NCBI RefSeq assembly: GCF_003334815.1
Contig: NZ_QOWO01000003.1
DNA from: Escherichia coli
GTDB lineage: Bacteria > Pseudomonadota > Gammaproteobacteria > Enterobacterales > Enterobacteriaceae
Length of the DNA stretch: 64,000 nucleotides
Direction: 5' to 3' (one strand)
Shown: positions 21,857-35,324 of the stretch, in pieces
Layout of the letters: every line of letters begins with the position of its first letter
Position numbering within the stretch: the stretch's first letter is position 1
Program-made: the position numbers and the translations under genes
Notes under the pieces: model-generated
Databases searched by the model: none
Seen by the model: the letters and a program-made list of their open reading frames with translations, nothing else
Told to the model about the DNA's origin: nothing

Positions 21857-23554
21857 TCACGGTTGGCGATCGCGCAAATGTGCGCTGAAGGTTTCAGCAT
21901 CCATAAAGCCCGTGACGCGTGCTTGTGGATGCTCCTGGCCTTGTCCGTCAAAAAAGAGAATTGTCGGTAGGCCAAGGACATTAAGATGCTTTAACAGCGC
22001 CACATCTTGTGCGTCGTTGGCCGTGACGTTGGCCTGAAGTAAGACCGTGTCTGCTAACGCTTTTTGCACCTGCGGGTCGCTGAAGGTGTATTTCTCAAAC
22101 TCTTTACAGGCGACGCACCAGTCGGCATAAAGATCTAACATCACCGGTTTGCCTTTGGCTTCAACGAGCGCCTGATTTAACTCATCTACCGTTTTGATTT
22201 GTGTAAAGTTGAGATGCGTCTGAGTTTGCGCGGTATGCGTCGCACCAAATGCCCAATCCTGAAGTGGGCGCACGCTAACCAATGCCGCTGCCAGCAGAAT
22301 AATTTGCACAATACGCATCCAGCCGCGTTTAGCCTGTAGGCTGGTGATAAAGGCCCAGCCAAAGAATGCGACACCCAGCGCCGACCACAAGCGTAATCCC
22401 CATACATCACCAATCACTCGCTCCAGCAGGAAGACCGGCAGTGCGAGGATCACAAAACCAAACGCGGTTTTGACTTGTTCCATCCACGGGCCGCTTTTCG
22501 GCAGCAAGCGGTTACCAAAGACGGTAATTAGCATCAGCGGCAGGCCCATGCCCAACGCATAGAGATAAAGCGTGCCGCCGCCCAGCCACATGTTCCCGCT
22601 TTGGGCGATATACAGCAGAATCGCGCTAAGCGGTGCGGTGGTGCATGGTGAACAGATCAGTCCGGCAATCGCCCCCATAACAAACACACCGCCAGGTGAG
22701 CCGCCCTGTTGGCGATTGCTCATCAACGTGAGACGTGTTTGCAGCGAAGAGGGGAGTTGCAGGGTAAACAAGCCAAACATTGACATCGCCAGCAAGGTAA
22801 AGACGATGGCGAGGCCAATGAGCACGTATGGGTGCTGTAGCGCCGCCTGGAACTGTAACCCTGCGGCGGCAACCACCAGACCCAGCGCCGTGTAGGTCAG
22901 CGCCATCCCCTGCACATAAATAAAGGTCAGCAACAATGCTCTGGCAGTGGAGAGCCGCTGTTTACCACCCAGCACGATGCCAGAAATCAGTGGGTACATT
23001 GGCAGCACGCATGGCGTAAAGGCGATACCAATACCGATCAACAACGCCCAGAGCGCGGAAAAGGGCAATTGCGCGGTGGGCTGCTCTTGCTGCGGAACAG
23101 ACACAGGCTGTGGCGCTGCGTTGTTGGCGACCACTTCGCTTAACGGAACGGTTTTGGTTTCTGGCGGATAACAGAAACCGGCATCAGCACAGCCCTGGTA
23201 GGTGACAGTTAACGTCGCTCCCGCACTCGCCTGGTTGATGGTGACGGGAAGCGTCAGCCGATCGCGGTAAATCTCGCTTTTGCCGTAAAACTCATCTTCA
23301 TGCCAGACGCCTTGCGGCAGCTGCACGTCGGCAATTTTCGCGTGTTCCGGCGTAATGCGGATCTGTTTACGGTAGAGGTAGTAACCGTCTTTGATCTGCC
23401 AGGTCAGATTAAGGTCATGTTGGTTTTGCTGAAAATCAAAAGCAAAGGCTTGATCCGCGGGGACAAATTGTGAACGTCCCGGCGCGTCGAATAATCCGGC
23501 AAAAACGGAAGTGCTGCAAAGTAGCAGGATCAGCGTAAAGATGCGTTGAGCCAT
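21857..23554 (-). CDS. dsbD: thiol:disulfide interchange protein DsbD
   Basis: ORF trimmed to [19 protein letters not shown] (565 aa); C-terminal thioredoxin-like CVAC motif. Confidence 0.92.
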
Positions 23555-23868
23555 GAGAGGTAATCTGTGTCTCCGTGTGTAACAGGTAAAACCAGAAGTT
23601 CCGGGGTTTGATATGGATGATGAGACTTCAGGCATTCCAGCAGTGCCTGCTGGTGAGATACGGTAGTTTTTAAAATCATCTGCACTTCGTATTCTTGCTC
23701 CAGCTTACCTTCCCAGTAATAGAGAGAGGTAGCGCCGGGGATCAAGGTCGCGCAGGCCGCCAGTTTTTCCGCCAGCACTTTGGCGGCTAAATCCTGGGCT
23801 GTCGCTTCATCTGGTGCCGTACATAGCACCACGACAGACGCGGTATTCGAACTTTTTTCATCAAGCAT
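23530..23868 (-). CDS. cutA: divalent-cation tolerance protein CutA
   Basis: 112 aa from [19 protein letters not shown]; stop overlaps the dsbD start by 25 nt. Confidence 0.88.
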
Positions 23869-23983
23869 AAACACCTCGCAAGAACAGATGGAACCGCAAG
23901 AGAGAGGTCACTATACAACGGACGGGGGAAGGATGTTAGTCGGCGGGAAAGAAAGCGGGGCGTGAACGCCCCGCGATTGATCA

Positions 23984-25285
23984 TTACAGCATGAAGCTAC
24001 CCAGCACGAAGCCGAAGCAAACGGCCAGGGCAACACCCAGAGTACCCGGGATGAAGAACGGATGGTTGAAGACGAATTTACCGATACGGGTAGTACCCGT
24101 GTCATCCATCTGTACCGCAGCAACCAGCGTCGGGTAGGTCGGCAGAATGAACAGACCAGACACCGCAGCGAAAGAAGCAACAGCGGTCAGCGGTGAAACG
24201 TTCAGTGCCAGAGCCATCGGCATCAGTGCTTTTGCGGTTGCAGCCTGAGAGTACAGCAGAGCAGAAGCAAAGAAGAAGATGACGGCCAGCAGCCACGGAT
24301 GACCCTGAATCACTTCACCAGCGGTATCTTTGATCCAGTCGATGTTGTTGGAAACGAAAGTATCGCCCAGCCACGCAACACCCAGGATACAAATACAGGC
24401 GCTCATACCTGCTTTGAAGGTGCTGGAGTTGAGGATGTTGTCGGTATCGACTTTACAGATAACGGTGGTCAGAGTTGCAACGCTGAGCATGATGATCAGG
24501 ATTGCGTTGGTGGTGTTCATCAGCGGTTTTTCAACCAGACCCATGCTTGGGCTGTTGATGATTGCATAGATAACCACGCCAACTACGCCCAGCAGGAACA
24601 GCCAGACGGACGTTTTTGCACCGGATTTGATTTCAATCTGCTTTTCACCGCGCAGTTCAACCAGGCCCTCTTCCAGACGCTTGCGATAAATCGGATCGTC
24701 AGAGAGTTTGGAGTTGAACAGCATAGTGACCAGGAAGGACATCACCAGAACCGCCAGCAGGGTGGACGGGATGACCACGGAGAGCAGATGGAGGTAGCTG
24801 ATGCCATGACCTTCCATCACGGAAGACATGTAAACCACTGCCGCTGAGATTGGCGATGCGGTGATCGCAATCTGCGCGGATACCACTGCAGTAGACAGCG
24901 GACGGCAAGGTTTAACGCCTTGTTCCTTCGCAACTTCAGCGATAACTGGCAGTGTCGCCAGAGAGATGTTGCCAGTACCAGCAAAGATAGTCAGGAAATA
25001 GGTCACGATCGGTGCGAGGATCGTGATGTATTTCGGGTTACGGCGCAGCAGCTTTTCTGTCTGATGAACCAGATAGTCCAGACCGCCAGCAACCTGCATG
25101 GCAGAAATAGCGGCGATAACCGCCATGATAATGGAGATGACATCGAACGGGATGTTACCGGGTTTAACGCCAATAGCGGCAAGAACCAGCACCCCCAATC
25201 CGCCTGCAAAACCAATACCTATTCCCCCCAATCTGGCGCCCAAGAAGATCGCCAGCAAAACTATGATGAGTTCTACAACTAGCAT
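23984..25285 (-). CDS. dcuA: C4-dicarboxylate transporter DcuA
   Basis: 433 aa membrane ORF, clear paralogue of dcuB. Confidence 0.93.
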   Translation of the reverse strand: MLVVELIIVLLAIFLGARLGGIGIGFAGGLGVLVLAAIGVKPGNIPFDVISIIMAVIAAISAMQVAGGLDYLVHQTEKLLRRNPKYITILAPIVTYFLTIFAGTGNISLATLPVIAEVAKEQGVKPCRPLSTAVVSAQIAITASPISAAVVYMSSVMEGHGISYLHLLSVVIPSTLLAVLVMSFLVTMLFNSKLSDDPIYRKRLEEGLVELRGEKQIEIKSGAKTSVWLFLLGVVGVVIYAIINSPSMGLVEKPLMNTTNAILIIMLSVATLTTVICKVDTDNILNSSTFKAGMSACICILGVAWLGDTFVSNNIDWIKDTAGEVIQGHPWLLAVIFFFASALLYSQAATAKALMPMALALNVSPLTAVASFAAVSGLFILPTYPTLVAAVQMDDTGTTRIGKFVFNHPFFIPGTLGVALAVCFGFVLGSFML

Positions 25286-25350
25286 ATTAGCCTTCCTTGT
25301 TTTTTAACAAGTTGATATTAGATTGTTATTTTTAAGTTACTGCTCACAAG

Positions 25351-25383
25351 AAAAAAGGCACGTCATCTGACGTGCCTTTTTTA
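25351..25383 (-). terminator. intrinsic terminator downstream of aspA
   Basis: ggcacgtca-tc-tgacgtgcc 9-bp stem flanked by A-run and T-run (bidirectional architecture). Confidence 0.7.
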
Positions 25384-25402
25384 TTTGTACTACCCTGTAC
25401 GA

Positions 25403-26839
25403 TTACTGTTCGCTTTCATCAGTATAGCGTTTTGCTTTGTAAGCCGGGTGCATCAGATTCTGTACGGAGAAAATATCGTCAAGTTCCGCTTCAGTCAACA
25501 GACCGCGTTCCAGAACGACTTCACGTACACTCTTACCGGTTTCGGCACAGATTTTACCCACGATGTCACCGTTGTGGTGACCGATGAACGGGTTCAGGTA
25601 AGTAACGATACCGATAGAGTTGTAAACGTAACCTTCGCACACTTCTTTGTTAGCAGTGATGCCGTTAATGCATTTTTCCAGCAGGTTGTAGCAAGCGTTG
25701 GTCAGAATGTGAACGGATTCGAACATGGCCTGGCCAATGACCGGCTCCATAACGTTCAACTGCAGCTGACCTGCTTCTGCTGCCATGGTAACAGTGGTGT
25801 CGTTACCGATGACTTTGAAGCATACCTGGTTAACCACTTCCGGAACAACCGGGTTTACTTTAGCTGGCATGATGGAAGAGCCCGCCTGCAGTTCCGGCAG
25901 GTTGATCTCGTTCAGGCCGGCACGTGGGCCTGAAGAGAGCAAGCGCAGGTCGTTACAGATTTTGGACATCTTCACAGCCAGGCGTTTCAGCGCGCCGTGA
26001 ACCATAACATAAGCGCCGCAGTCAGAGGTCGCTTCGATCAGGTCTTCAGCCGGTACGCATGGGAAGCCAGTAACTTCAGCCAGTTTTTTCACTGCCAGCG
26101 GAGAGTACTCTTTCGGCGTGTTCAGACCAGTACCGATTGCTGTTGCACCAAGGTTAACTTCCAGCAGCAGTTCAGCGGTACGTTGGATGTTTTTCACTTC
26201 TTCTTTCAGCAGGATGCTGAAAGCGCGGAATTCCTGACCGAGGGTCATCGGTACTGCGTCCTGCAGCTGGGTACGACCCATTTTCAGGATGTCCTGGAAT
26301 TCGACAGCTTTACGTTCAAAGCCTTCACGCAGTTGGTTAATCGCATCTACCAGCTTAATCAGGGAAGAGTAAACTGCGATACGGAAACCGGTCGGGTAGG
26401 CGTCGTTAGTGGACTGACATTTGTTAACATGGTCGTTCGGGTTCAGGTACTGATATTCACCTTTTTGGTGACCCATCAGTTCCAGACCGATATTGGCCAG
26501 CACTTCGTTGGTGTTCATGTTTACGGAAGTACCTGCGCCGCCCTGGTAGACGTCTACCGGGAACTGATCCATGCATTTTCCGTTGTTCAGGACTTCATCA
26601 CATGCGGCAATGATGGCATTCGCTACACTTTTAGGAATGGTTTGCAGCTCTTTGTTTGCCATAGCTGCGGCTTTTTTAACCATTACCATACCGCGAACAA
26701 ATTCAGGAATATCACTGATTTTGTTGTTGCTGATATAGAAGTTTTCAATCGCTCTCAGAGTGTGAACACCATAGTAGGCATCAGCTGGAACTTCCCTGGT
26801 ACCCAACAGATCTTCTTCGATACGAATGTTGTTTGACAT
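25403..26839 (-). CDS. aspA: aspartate ammonia-lyase (aspartase)
   Basis: ORF trimmed to [18 protein letters not shown] (478 aa); fumarase/aspartase signature [11 protein letters not shown]. Confidence 0.93.
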
Positions 26840-27175
26840 GTGAACCTTCTTTTTCAAGCTGCCAATGATTTGCTTTAAACACACAGAATATATGTGGTTT
26901 CGAATGTTTTTCGACCGACGATTATCCCCTGCATCGACCGAATACCCGAGATCATATGCTGCTTGAGGATTTCTACCGTAATCTGGATCACTTTAAGTGT
27001 CGGTTTTTACCCCTTAATTATTAATTTGTGAAATAGATCACCGCTTTGGGATTACTACCAAAAATAGTTGCGCAAACATCTTGAAATTTTGCTAATGACC
27101 ACAATATAAGCTAAACGCGATTCGCAACCCATTCAGGTAGCCGGGGTTAACCGGCTGCTATTACAGGAGAAACCT

Positions 27176-27652
27176 TTGCGCTGGTTACCTTTTATTGCCA
27201 TTTTCCTTTATGTCTATATTGAGATTTCAATCTTTATTCAGGTTGCCCATGTATTGGGGGTATTGCTGACCCTCGTGCTGGTTATATTCACGTCAGTTAT
27301 CGGTATGTCACTGGTACGTAACCAGGGCTTTAAGAATTTCGTGCTGATGCAGCAAAAAATGGCGGCGGGTGAAAACCCAGCGGCGGAGATGATTAAAAGT
27401 GTTTCGCTGATCATTGCTGGTTTGCTGCTTTTATTACCGGGCTTTTTTACCGACTTCCTCGGTCTTCTACTTTTATTGCCGCCGGTGCAAAAGCATCTGA
27501 CAGTGAAGTTGATGCCGCATTTGCGCTTTTCTCGCATGCCTGGCGGCGGTTTTAGCGCCGGGACCGGTGGCGGTAATACTTTTGATGGTGAGTACCAGCG
27601 AAAGGATGATGAGCGCGACCGCCTTGATCATAAAGACGATCGCCAGGATTAA
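27176..27652 (+). CDS. fxsA: inner membrane protein FxsA
   Basis: 158 aa, TTG start, MRWLPFIAIFLYVYIEISIFIQV N-terminus. Confidence 0.88.
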   Translation: MRWLPFIAIFLYVYIEISIFIQVAHVLGVLLTLVLVIFTSVIGMSLVRNQGFKNFVLMQQKMAAGENPAAEMIKSVSLIIAGLLLLLPGFFTDFLGLLLLLPPVQKHLTVKLMPHLRFSRMPGGGFSAGTGGGNTFDGEYQRKDDERDRLDHKDDRQD

Positions 27653-27667
27653 TGTCGAAACGCCGGA

Positions 27668-28924
27668 TTATGTGGTTATGCCATTTTCCGGCGTTTTTCG
27701 TTTTGGCAGCAACAGCCATAACCCCGCCAGCATGATCAGCGCATAGAGACTTTTCCAGCCGACCATTGCCAGTAACAGAACGCATAACAGCCCGCCAACC
27801 ACCGCCAGTAGTCGATAACGTCCTTGCAATAATTTACAGCCTGCCAGCATGCATAACAGATAAATCATAATAAAGATGCCATTGGCATAAATAATAAGAG
27901 CGTCCAGATTGATCTCTAAAGCATGAATCACCAAAGTGCTCACCACACAGCAGCCGAGCACCGCATTGAGGGCATTATTCGGGATATGGCGAGAAGAGAG
28001 GCGTGCCAGGTAGTGGTCAGGATTATGTTGCGCCTGCGACCAGACCAGGCGGGCGAAGCTCTGTATATAAATGTTGAGACTGGCAAAGCAGGCCAGATAG
28101 CCAATCACGCAGGCAATCCATAACGCTCCTACACCGAACAACTGCACTACAATTTTTGGAAGCGATGCTGCCGCCGCCATTTTTTCACCATAGGCGTCGA
28201 AGTGTAAGACGACTACCGTACAGCCCCAGTAGACTAATCCTGCCAGCAGCAGACCAATCATCAAAGCACGAGGAAAATCACGCTCTGGATTTTTAAATTC
28301 CGAGGCGAGATGGGCAAATGCCTCCAGACCGACAAAACACCAGAACATCACTGATAACGCAGCAAATAACCCGGTAAGTTCGATATTACCAGGTGCCGGA
28401 AAGGGGATATTCGCAGGTTTGATATCGCCCGCCCACCAGATAGCGACAATCAGCGCGACGATAAGTCCGGCAATAACGGTTTGTAGATTAGCACTGGAAC
28501 TGGCACCGCGAGTACCGATATACCACACCAGCGCCAGCGTACCGAGTTCTGCCAACAACAGTTGCCAGCTATGCCAGCCAAACATCGCCTGGCCGAACCC
28601 GGCGGCAATTTGTAGTGCGGCAGGCAAACCCACGGGAATGACCGATAAAAACAGCCAGCCGGTGACTCGCTCAAGCCGCGAACCAAACGCCATACCGACG
28701 AAGTGCGCGACGCCGCCTGCGCTGGGATAGTGGCGACCCAGAATCGCAAACACAATCGCAATCGGGAACACTAAGATAATCAAAACGGGCCACGCCCACA
28801 GGCTGTTATTGCCCGCTACCAGCGCAGCTAACGCAGGAACGGCAAACACGCCAGTGCCTAATAATGACGTCGATAGCAGGCCAATGCCCTGGGCCAGCCC
28901 CAGTTCTTGTTTGAGTCCACTCAT
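27668..28924 (-). CDS. yjeH: amino acid exporter (APC superfamily)
   Basis: ORF trimmed to MSGLKQELGLAQGIGLL (418 aa). Confidence 0.88.
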   Translation of the reverse strand: MSGLKQELGLAQGIGLLSTSLLGTGVFAVPALAALVAGNNSLWAWPVLIILVFPIAIVFAILGRHYPSAGGVAHFVGMAFGSRLERVTGWLFLSVIPVGLPAALQIAAGFGQAMFGWHSWQLLLAELGTLALVWYIGTRGASSSANLQTVIAGLIVALIVAIWWAGDIKPANIPFPAPGNIELTGLFAALSVMFWCFVGLEAFAHLASEFKNPERDFPRALMIGLLLAGLVYWGCTVVVLHFDAYGEKMAAAASLPKIVVQLFGVGALWIACVIGYLACFASLNIYIQSFARLVWSQAQHNPDHYLARLSSRHIPNNALNAVLGCCVVSTLVIHALEINLDALIIYANGIFIMIYLLCMLAGCKLLQGRYRLLAVVGGLLCVLLLAMVGWKSLYALIMLAGLWLLLPKRKTPENGITT

Positions 28925-29084
28925 GGGTTGATGTCCGATTGCGCCCAAATTTTGGGCAACTGCGTAGATTTTCGATGGTAGCACAATCAGATTCGCTTAT
29001 GACGGCGATGAAGAAATTGCGATGAAATGTGAGGTGAATCAGGGTTTTCACCCGATTTTGTGCTGATCAGAATTTTTTTTCTTT

Positions 29085-29125
29085 TTCCCCCTTGAAGGGG
29101 CGAAGCCTCATCCCCATTTCTCTGG
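29085..29125 (+). promoter_or_regulatory. sigma32 heat-shock promoter of groES-groEL
   Basis: -35 cTTGAAg at 29091-29096 and -10 CCCCATTT at 29112-29119 with 15 bp spacer, matching sigma32 consensus. Confidence 0.75.
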
Positions 29126-29148
29126 TCACCAGCCGGGAAACCACGTAA

Positions 29149-29493
<345 letters not shown>

Positions 29494-29524
29494 TCCGCGC
29501 ACGACACTGAACATACGAATTTAA

Positions 29525-31183
<1,659 letters not shown>

Positions 31184-31210
31184 TTGCCCTGCACCTCGCA
31201 GAAATAAACA

Positions 31211-31246
31211 AACCCCCGGGCAGAAATGTCTGGGGGTTTTTCTTTT
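31211..31246 (+). terminator. intrinsic terminator of groESL
   Basis: cccccgggcagaaatgtctggggg hairpin followed by tttttctttt. Confidence 0.8.
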
Positions 31247-31320
31247 GGTCATCTTTCTAGTATAAGATTCAGACACGGACGACGCGAGTGGCGTCCAGCT
31301 CATTGATTATGGGGAATAAC

Positions 31321-31674
31321 ATGCACGTAAAATACTTAGCAGGGATTGTCGGTGCCGCGCTACTGATGGCGGGTTGTAGCTCCAGCAACGAATTGAGTGC
31401 TGCCGGTCAGAGTGTACGCATTGTGGACGAGCAGCCAGGCGCAGAGTGCCAGCTGATTGGTACTGCGACAGGTAAGCAAAGCAACTGGCTTTCCGGGCAA
31501 CACGGAGAAGAAGGCGGTTCTATGCGCGGCGCAGCAAACGATCTGCGCAACCAGGCGGCTGCAATGGGCGGTAACGTGATTTATGGCATCAGTAGCCCGT
31601 CGCAGGGAATGTTGTCCAGTTTTGTCCCGACGGATAGCCAGATTATCGGTCAGGTTTATAAGTGCCCGAACTGA
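31321..31674 (+). CDS. yjeI: lipoprotein of unknown function
   Basis: ORF trimmed to MHVKYLAGIVGAALLMAGC (117 aa) with LMAGC lipobox. Confidence 0.85.
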   Translation: MHVKYLAGIVGAALLMAGCSSSNELSAAGQSVRIVDEQPGAECQLIGTATGKQSNWLSGQHGEEGGSMRGAANDLRNQAAAMGGNVIYGISSPSQGMLSSFVPTDSQIIGQVYKCPN

Positions 31675-31708
31675 TGTGATCCAGAGGCTGGGTGACAAAC
31701 GTATAATT

Positions 31709-31810
<102 letters not shown>

Positions 31811-31876
31811 ACCAACGATCACGTTATCAGTCATTTCAGGCTGGATGGCTCCAGCCTCGCATTAGCAAAGATGAGA

Positions 31877-32746
31877 TTATTTCGCCTGTGGTGCAGTTTT
31901 GCTGGTGGATTGAACACGTAAGTGATGCAGCGCGCGTAAGCATTGATCCTGGGTTAGCGGTTGGGCGTTATTCGCCGCTACGGTGCGAACATAGACCTGA
32001 CATGGCACACCCGCGAGTTTTTTCAGTCGTGGGCTGAAATCAAGCATTCGGCGAGTGATCGCTTCTATTTCTTTACCCGGCGTTGCTTCACGCGTTTTCA
32101 CCACTGCGCCGCTAAATTGTTCTTTGCCACTTTCATCTTTAAAGCGGTAAAGCACCGCCAGATAATGGTCGAACAAGTTATGTTTCCATTCCGGTTGGGA
32201 ATAGGTGTCATATTCCAGATTGCCATTGTCCTGGCAGTCAACGTCGTATAACGGCAGGAAATCTAACAGTGAGGTAATACGTAATGCCAGTTCACGCATT
32301 TCCGCATTATTAATTGCATGAATGATTGCTCGCGCCAGCATTTCAATCTGCAACTCATTGACGACTAACTCACATTTGCTACCGTCATGTAGCGTTAATA
32401 CGAAGGTAAGATTTTCGCCTTGATTATCGGTAAGTTCCAGCGTGTTAACCCGACGATTAATATCGGCATTTTTAAGCTCATCAACCAGAATTTCTGGGAT
32501 GTTTTCTGCCATTTTCTTAATGACTTTATCGCGAGCTTGCTCATACTGAAGGTGTGCAGCAGCATCCAGTTTATGCTTTTGATGCAGACGACTTTCCAGC
32601 GCAATCAGCAGGTCGCGCAGTTCCATGACAGACATAAAGAACAACGATTCTTTATTGCGAGGTTCTTTAATTTTCAGCGCCAGTGCAATGAAATTATTAC
32701 TCTTGCGAATAACACCGGTATTAACACCCTTGATGCTTATGGCCAT
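31877..32746 (-). CDS. yjeJ: uncharacterised protein
   Basis: 289 aa AT-rich ORF recognised as YjeJ; no motif I can assign. Confidence 0.8.
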   Translation of the reverse strand: MAISIKGVNTGVIRKSNNFIALALKIKEPRNKESLFFMSVMELRDLLIALESRLHQKHKLDAAAHLQYEQARDKVIKKMAENIPEILVDELKNADINRRVNTLELTDNQGENLTFVLTLHDGSKCELVVNELQIEMLARAIIHAINNAEMRELALRITSLLDFLPLYDVDCQDNGNLEYDTYSQPEWKHNLFDHYLAVLYRFKDESGKEQFSGAVVKTREATPGKEIEAITRRMLDFSPRLKKLAGVPCQVYVRTVAANNAQPLTQDQCLRALHHLRVQSTSKTAPQAK

Positions 32747-33009
32747 GTAGGTTCTCCCTAACCATTTCTCAATTAAATAATTAATTTTAATTTATAAGCC
32801 AGATAAATGGGCTTGGTAGTAATAGTTGTTAAAATAACATAAATAGCCGTACTCACTCTATATAAACAGAAAAGAAAGGTTAATTATTGGTGTTAGCTAT
32901 ATAAAAAGTAACAACAGCAATGCATATGAATAATTAAAGGTTATGCAACGGGCAAAGATTAAACTTCCCAGTTTAATGACAGGTTGCTGTACTTGCGTTT
33001 GTTGCTCTT

Positions 33010-33109
33010 GCCGGATGCAGCGTAAACGCCTTATCCGGCCTACAGTTCATTGCAAATCCATTCAATTTCAATGCACGATGTAGGCCTGATAAGCGTAGCG
33101 AATCAGGCA
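33010..33109. repeat. REP elements, two units
   Basis: gccggatgcagcgtaaacgccttatccggcctaca and tgtaggcctgataagcgtagcgaatcaggca between yjeJ and epmB. Confidence 0.7.
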
Positions 33110-33140
33110 ATTTTAATGTTTAACTTCCCTGTTTAATCAG

Positions 33141-34169
33141 TTACTGCTGGCGTAGCTGGAGATCCAGCGGCGTTTTGCTGGGTTCGCCGCCAATTTCTCG
33201 CGCCAGTTTCGGCACCAGATATCCCGACACCAGTGTCAGCAACTCACGCATAATCTGCCGTGCTTCGTCATCACTCACCATAAAATGCGCCGCGCCCTGT
33301 ACTTTATCGAGCACATGCAGGTAATACGGCATTACGCCGGCATCGAACAACGCATTACTCAGGTTTGCCAGCGTTTGTGCGTTATCGTTCACATCACGTA
33401 ACAGAACGCTCTGGTTCAGCAAAGTAACGCCTACCCGGCGCAACTTAGCCATCGCCTGACGGAATGTTTCATCTACCTCATTGGCATGGTTGATGTGATT
33501 CACCAGCAAGATTTGCAGCGTAGAACGGGCAAAGCATTCAACCAGCGCCTCGGTGATACGTGCCGGGATCACAATCGGCAGACGGCTGTGAATCCGCAGA
33601 CGTTTTATATGCGGGATGGCTTCCAGTTGTGTGAGCAACCAGTCCAGCTCGTGATCTTTCGCCATCAGCGGATCGCCGCCGGAGAAAATCATCTCGTCCA
33701 GTTCCGGATGCGCAGCAACATACTCAAGTGCAGTTTGCCAGTTACGCTTGTTGCCCTGATTTTCGGCATAGGGGAAGTGACGACGGAAGCAATAGCGGCA
33801 ATTTACCGCGCAGCCGCCTTTGACCAGCAAAAGCGCCCGGTTGTGGTATTTATGCAACAAACCAGGCACTACGCTGTGCTGTTCTTCCAGTGGGTCGGTG
33901 GAGAATCCGGGCGCGATGACAAACTCATCTTGCGAGGTAAGTACCTGACGCAAAAGAGGATCGTCCGGATTGCCTTTCTCCATGCGATCGATAAATGAGC
34001 GGGGCACACGCAGGGCAAAAAGCTTTTTGGCGCTGCGTCCGGCTAACAGTTTTTCCTCCGCGTCTATATTCAAAAGACGCAGAAGTTCATCAGGATCGGT
34101 CACAACATCGGCAAGTTGCGTTAACCAATCTTCTCTGGATGGGGTATTTAGGGTTACAATATGCGCCAT
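33141..34169 (-). CDS. epmB: EF-P beta-lysylation protein (lysine 2,3-aminomutase, radical SAM)
   Basis: 342 aa; CAVNCRYC radical-SAM cysteine motif; divergent from efp. Confidence 0.92.
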   Translation of the reverse strand: MAHIVTLNTPSREDWLTQLADVVTDPDELLRLLNIDAEEKLLAGRSAKKLFALRVPRSFIDRMEKGNPDDPLLRQVLTSQDEFVIAPGFSTDPLEEQHSVVPGLLHKYHNRALLLVKGGCAVNCRYCFRRHFPYAENQGNKRNWQTALEYVAAHPELDEMIFSGGDPLMAKDHELDWLLTQLEAIPHIKRLRIHSRLPIVIPARITEALVECFARSTLQILLVNHINHANEVDETFRQAMAKLRRVGVTLLNQSVLLRDVNDNAQTLANLSNALFDAGVMPYYLHVLDKVQGAAHFMVSDDEARQIMRELLTLVSGYLVPKLAREIGGEPSKTPLDLQLRQQ

Positions 34170-34210
34170 TTTGTGGCTTAGCTACCAATTAACAAATTTC
34201 AGAGGGCCTT

Positions 34211-34777
34211 ATGGCAACGTACTATAGCAACGATTTTCGTGCTGGTCTTAAAATCATGTTAGACGGCGAACCTTACGCGGTTGAAGCGAGTGAATTCGTA
34301 AAACCGGGTAAAGGCCAGGCATTTGCTCGCGTTAAACTGCGTCGTCTGCTGACCGGTACTCGCGTAGAAAAAACCTTCAAATCTACTGATTCCGCTGAAG
34401 GCGCTGATGTTGTCGATATGAACCTGACTTACCTGTACAACGACGGTGAGTTCTGGCACTTCATGAACAACGAAACTTTCGAGCAGCTGTCTGCTGATGC
34501 AAAAGCAATTGGTGACAACGCTAAATGGCTGCTGGATCAGGCAGAGTGTATCGTAACTCTGTGGAATGGTCAGCCGATCTCCGTTACTCCGCCGAACTTC
34601 GTTGAACTGGAAATCGTTGATACCGATCCGGGCCTGAAAGGTGATACCGCAGGTACTGGTGGCAAACCGGCTACCCTGTCTACTGGCGCTGTGGTTAAAG
34701 TTCCGCTGTTTGTACAAATCGGCGAAGTCATCAAAGTGGATACCCGCTCTGGTGAATACGTCTCTCGCGTGAAGTAA
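34211..34777 (+). CDS. efp: translation elongation factor P
   Basis: 188 aa [38 protein letters not shown] with the modified Lys in the KPGKG loop. Confidence 0.96.
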
Positions 34778-34828
34778 TGCGGTTGTGGTGCGGCCTGCAG
34801 GCTGCACCATCACTTATTCAGGTCAGAG

Positions 34829-34954
34829 ATGATGAAACGCCTTATCGTTCTTGTTTTGCTTGCCAGCACGCTGCTCACGGGCTGTAACACCGCTCGCGGT
34901 TTCGGCGAAGACATCAAACATCTCGGCAACTCCATCTCTCGCGCTGCCAGCTAA
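34829..34954 (+). CDS. ecnA: entericidin A lipoprotein (antidote)
   Basis: Manually translated 41 aa [45 protein letters not shown] lipobox; absent from ORF track. Confidence 0.88.
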   Translation: MMKRLIVLVLLASTLLTGCNTARGFGEDIKHLGNSISRAAS

Positions 34955-35064
34955 TTTTTCTTCTCTTCCGAAAAATCATCAGATTCCCATCATTTTTGGC
35001 GATGTTGTCTATTATTAATTTGCTATAGGCAAACATAAATAACATTACCTAAAAGGAAGACGTT

Positions 35065-35211
35065 ATGGTGAAGAAGACAATTGCAGCGATCTTTTCTGTT
35101 CTGGTGCTTTCAACAGTATTAACTGCCTGCAACACCACGCGTGGCGTTGGTGAAGACATTTCTGATGGCGGTAACGCGATTTCTGGCGCAGCAACGAAAG
35201 CGCAGCAATAA
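35065..35211 (+). CDS. ecnB: entericidin B lipoprotein (bacteriolytic toxin)
   Basis: Manually translated 48 aa [48 protein letters not shown], paralogue of ecnA; absent from ORF track. Confidence 0.88.
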
Positions 35212-35218
35212 GCAATAA

Positions 35219-35252
35219 CGGTACGACAGCTGTGTCGTGCCGTTTGTTTTTT
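35219..35252 (+). terminator. intrinsic terminator after ecnB
   Basis: cggtacgacagctgtgtcgtgccg hairpin followed by tttgtttttt. Confidence 0.75.
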
Positions 35253-35324
35253 CTGCGATAGTCACAAAGGTAATAGTTGAAATTCCCCTGCCACCTGGCA
35301 AAATATCCGTTCAACCATCAGCTT

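Noticed and set aside
25997-26836. 279 aa plus-strand ORF antisense to aspA
   Set aside because: Inside aspA; no motif; frame artefact.
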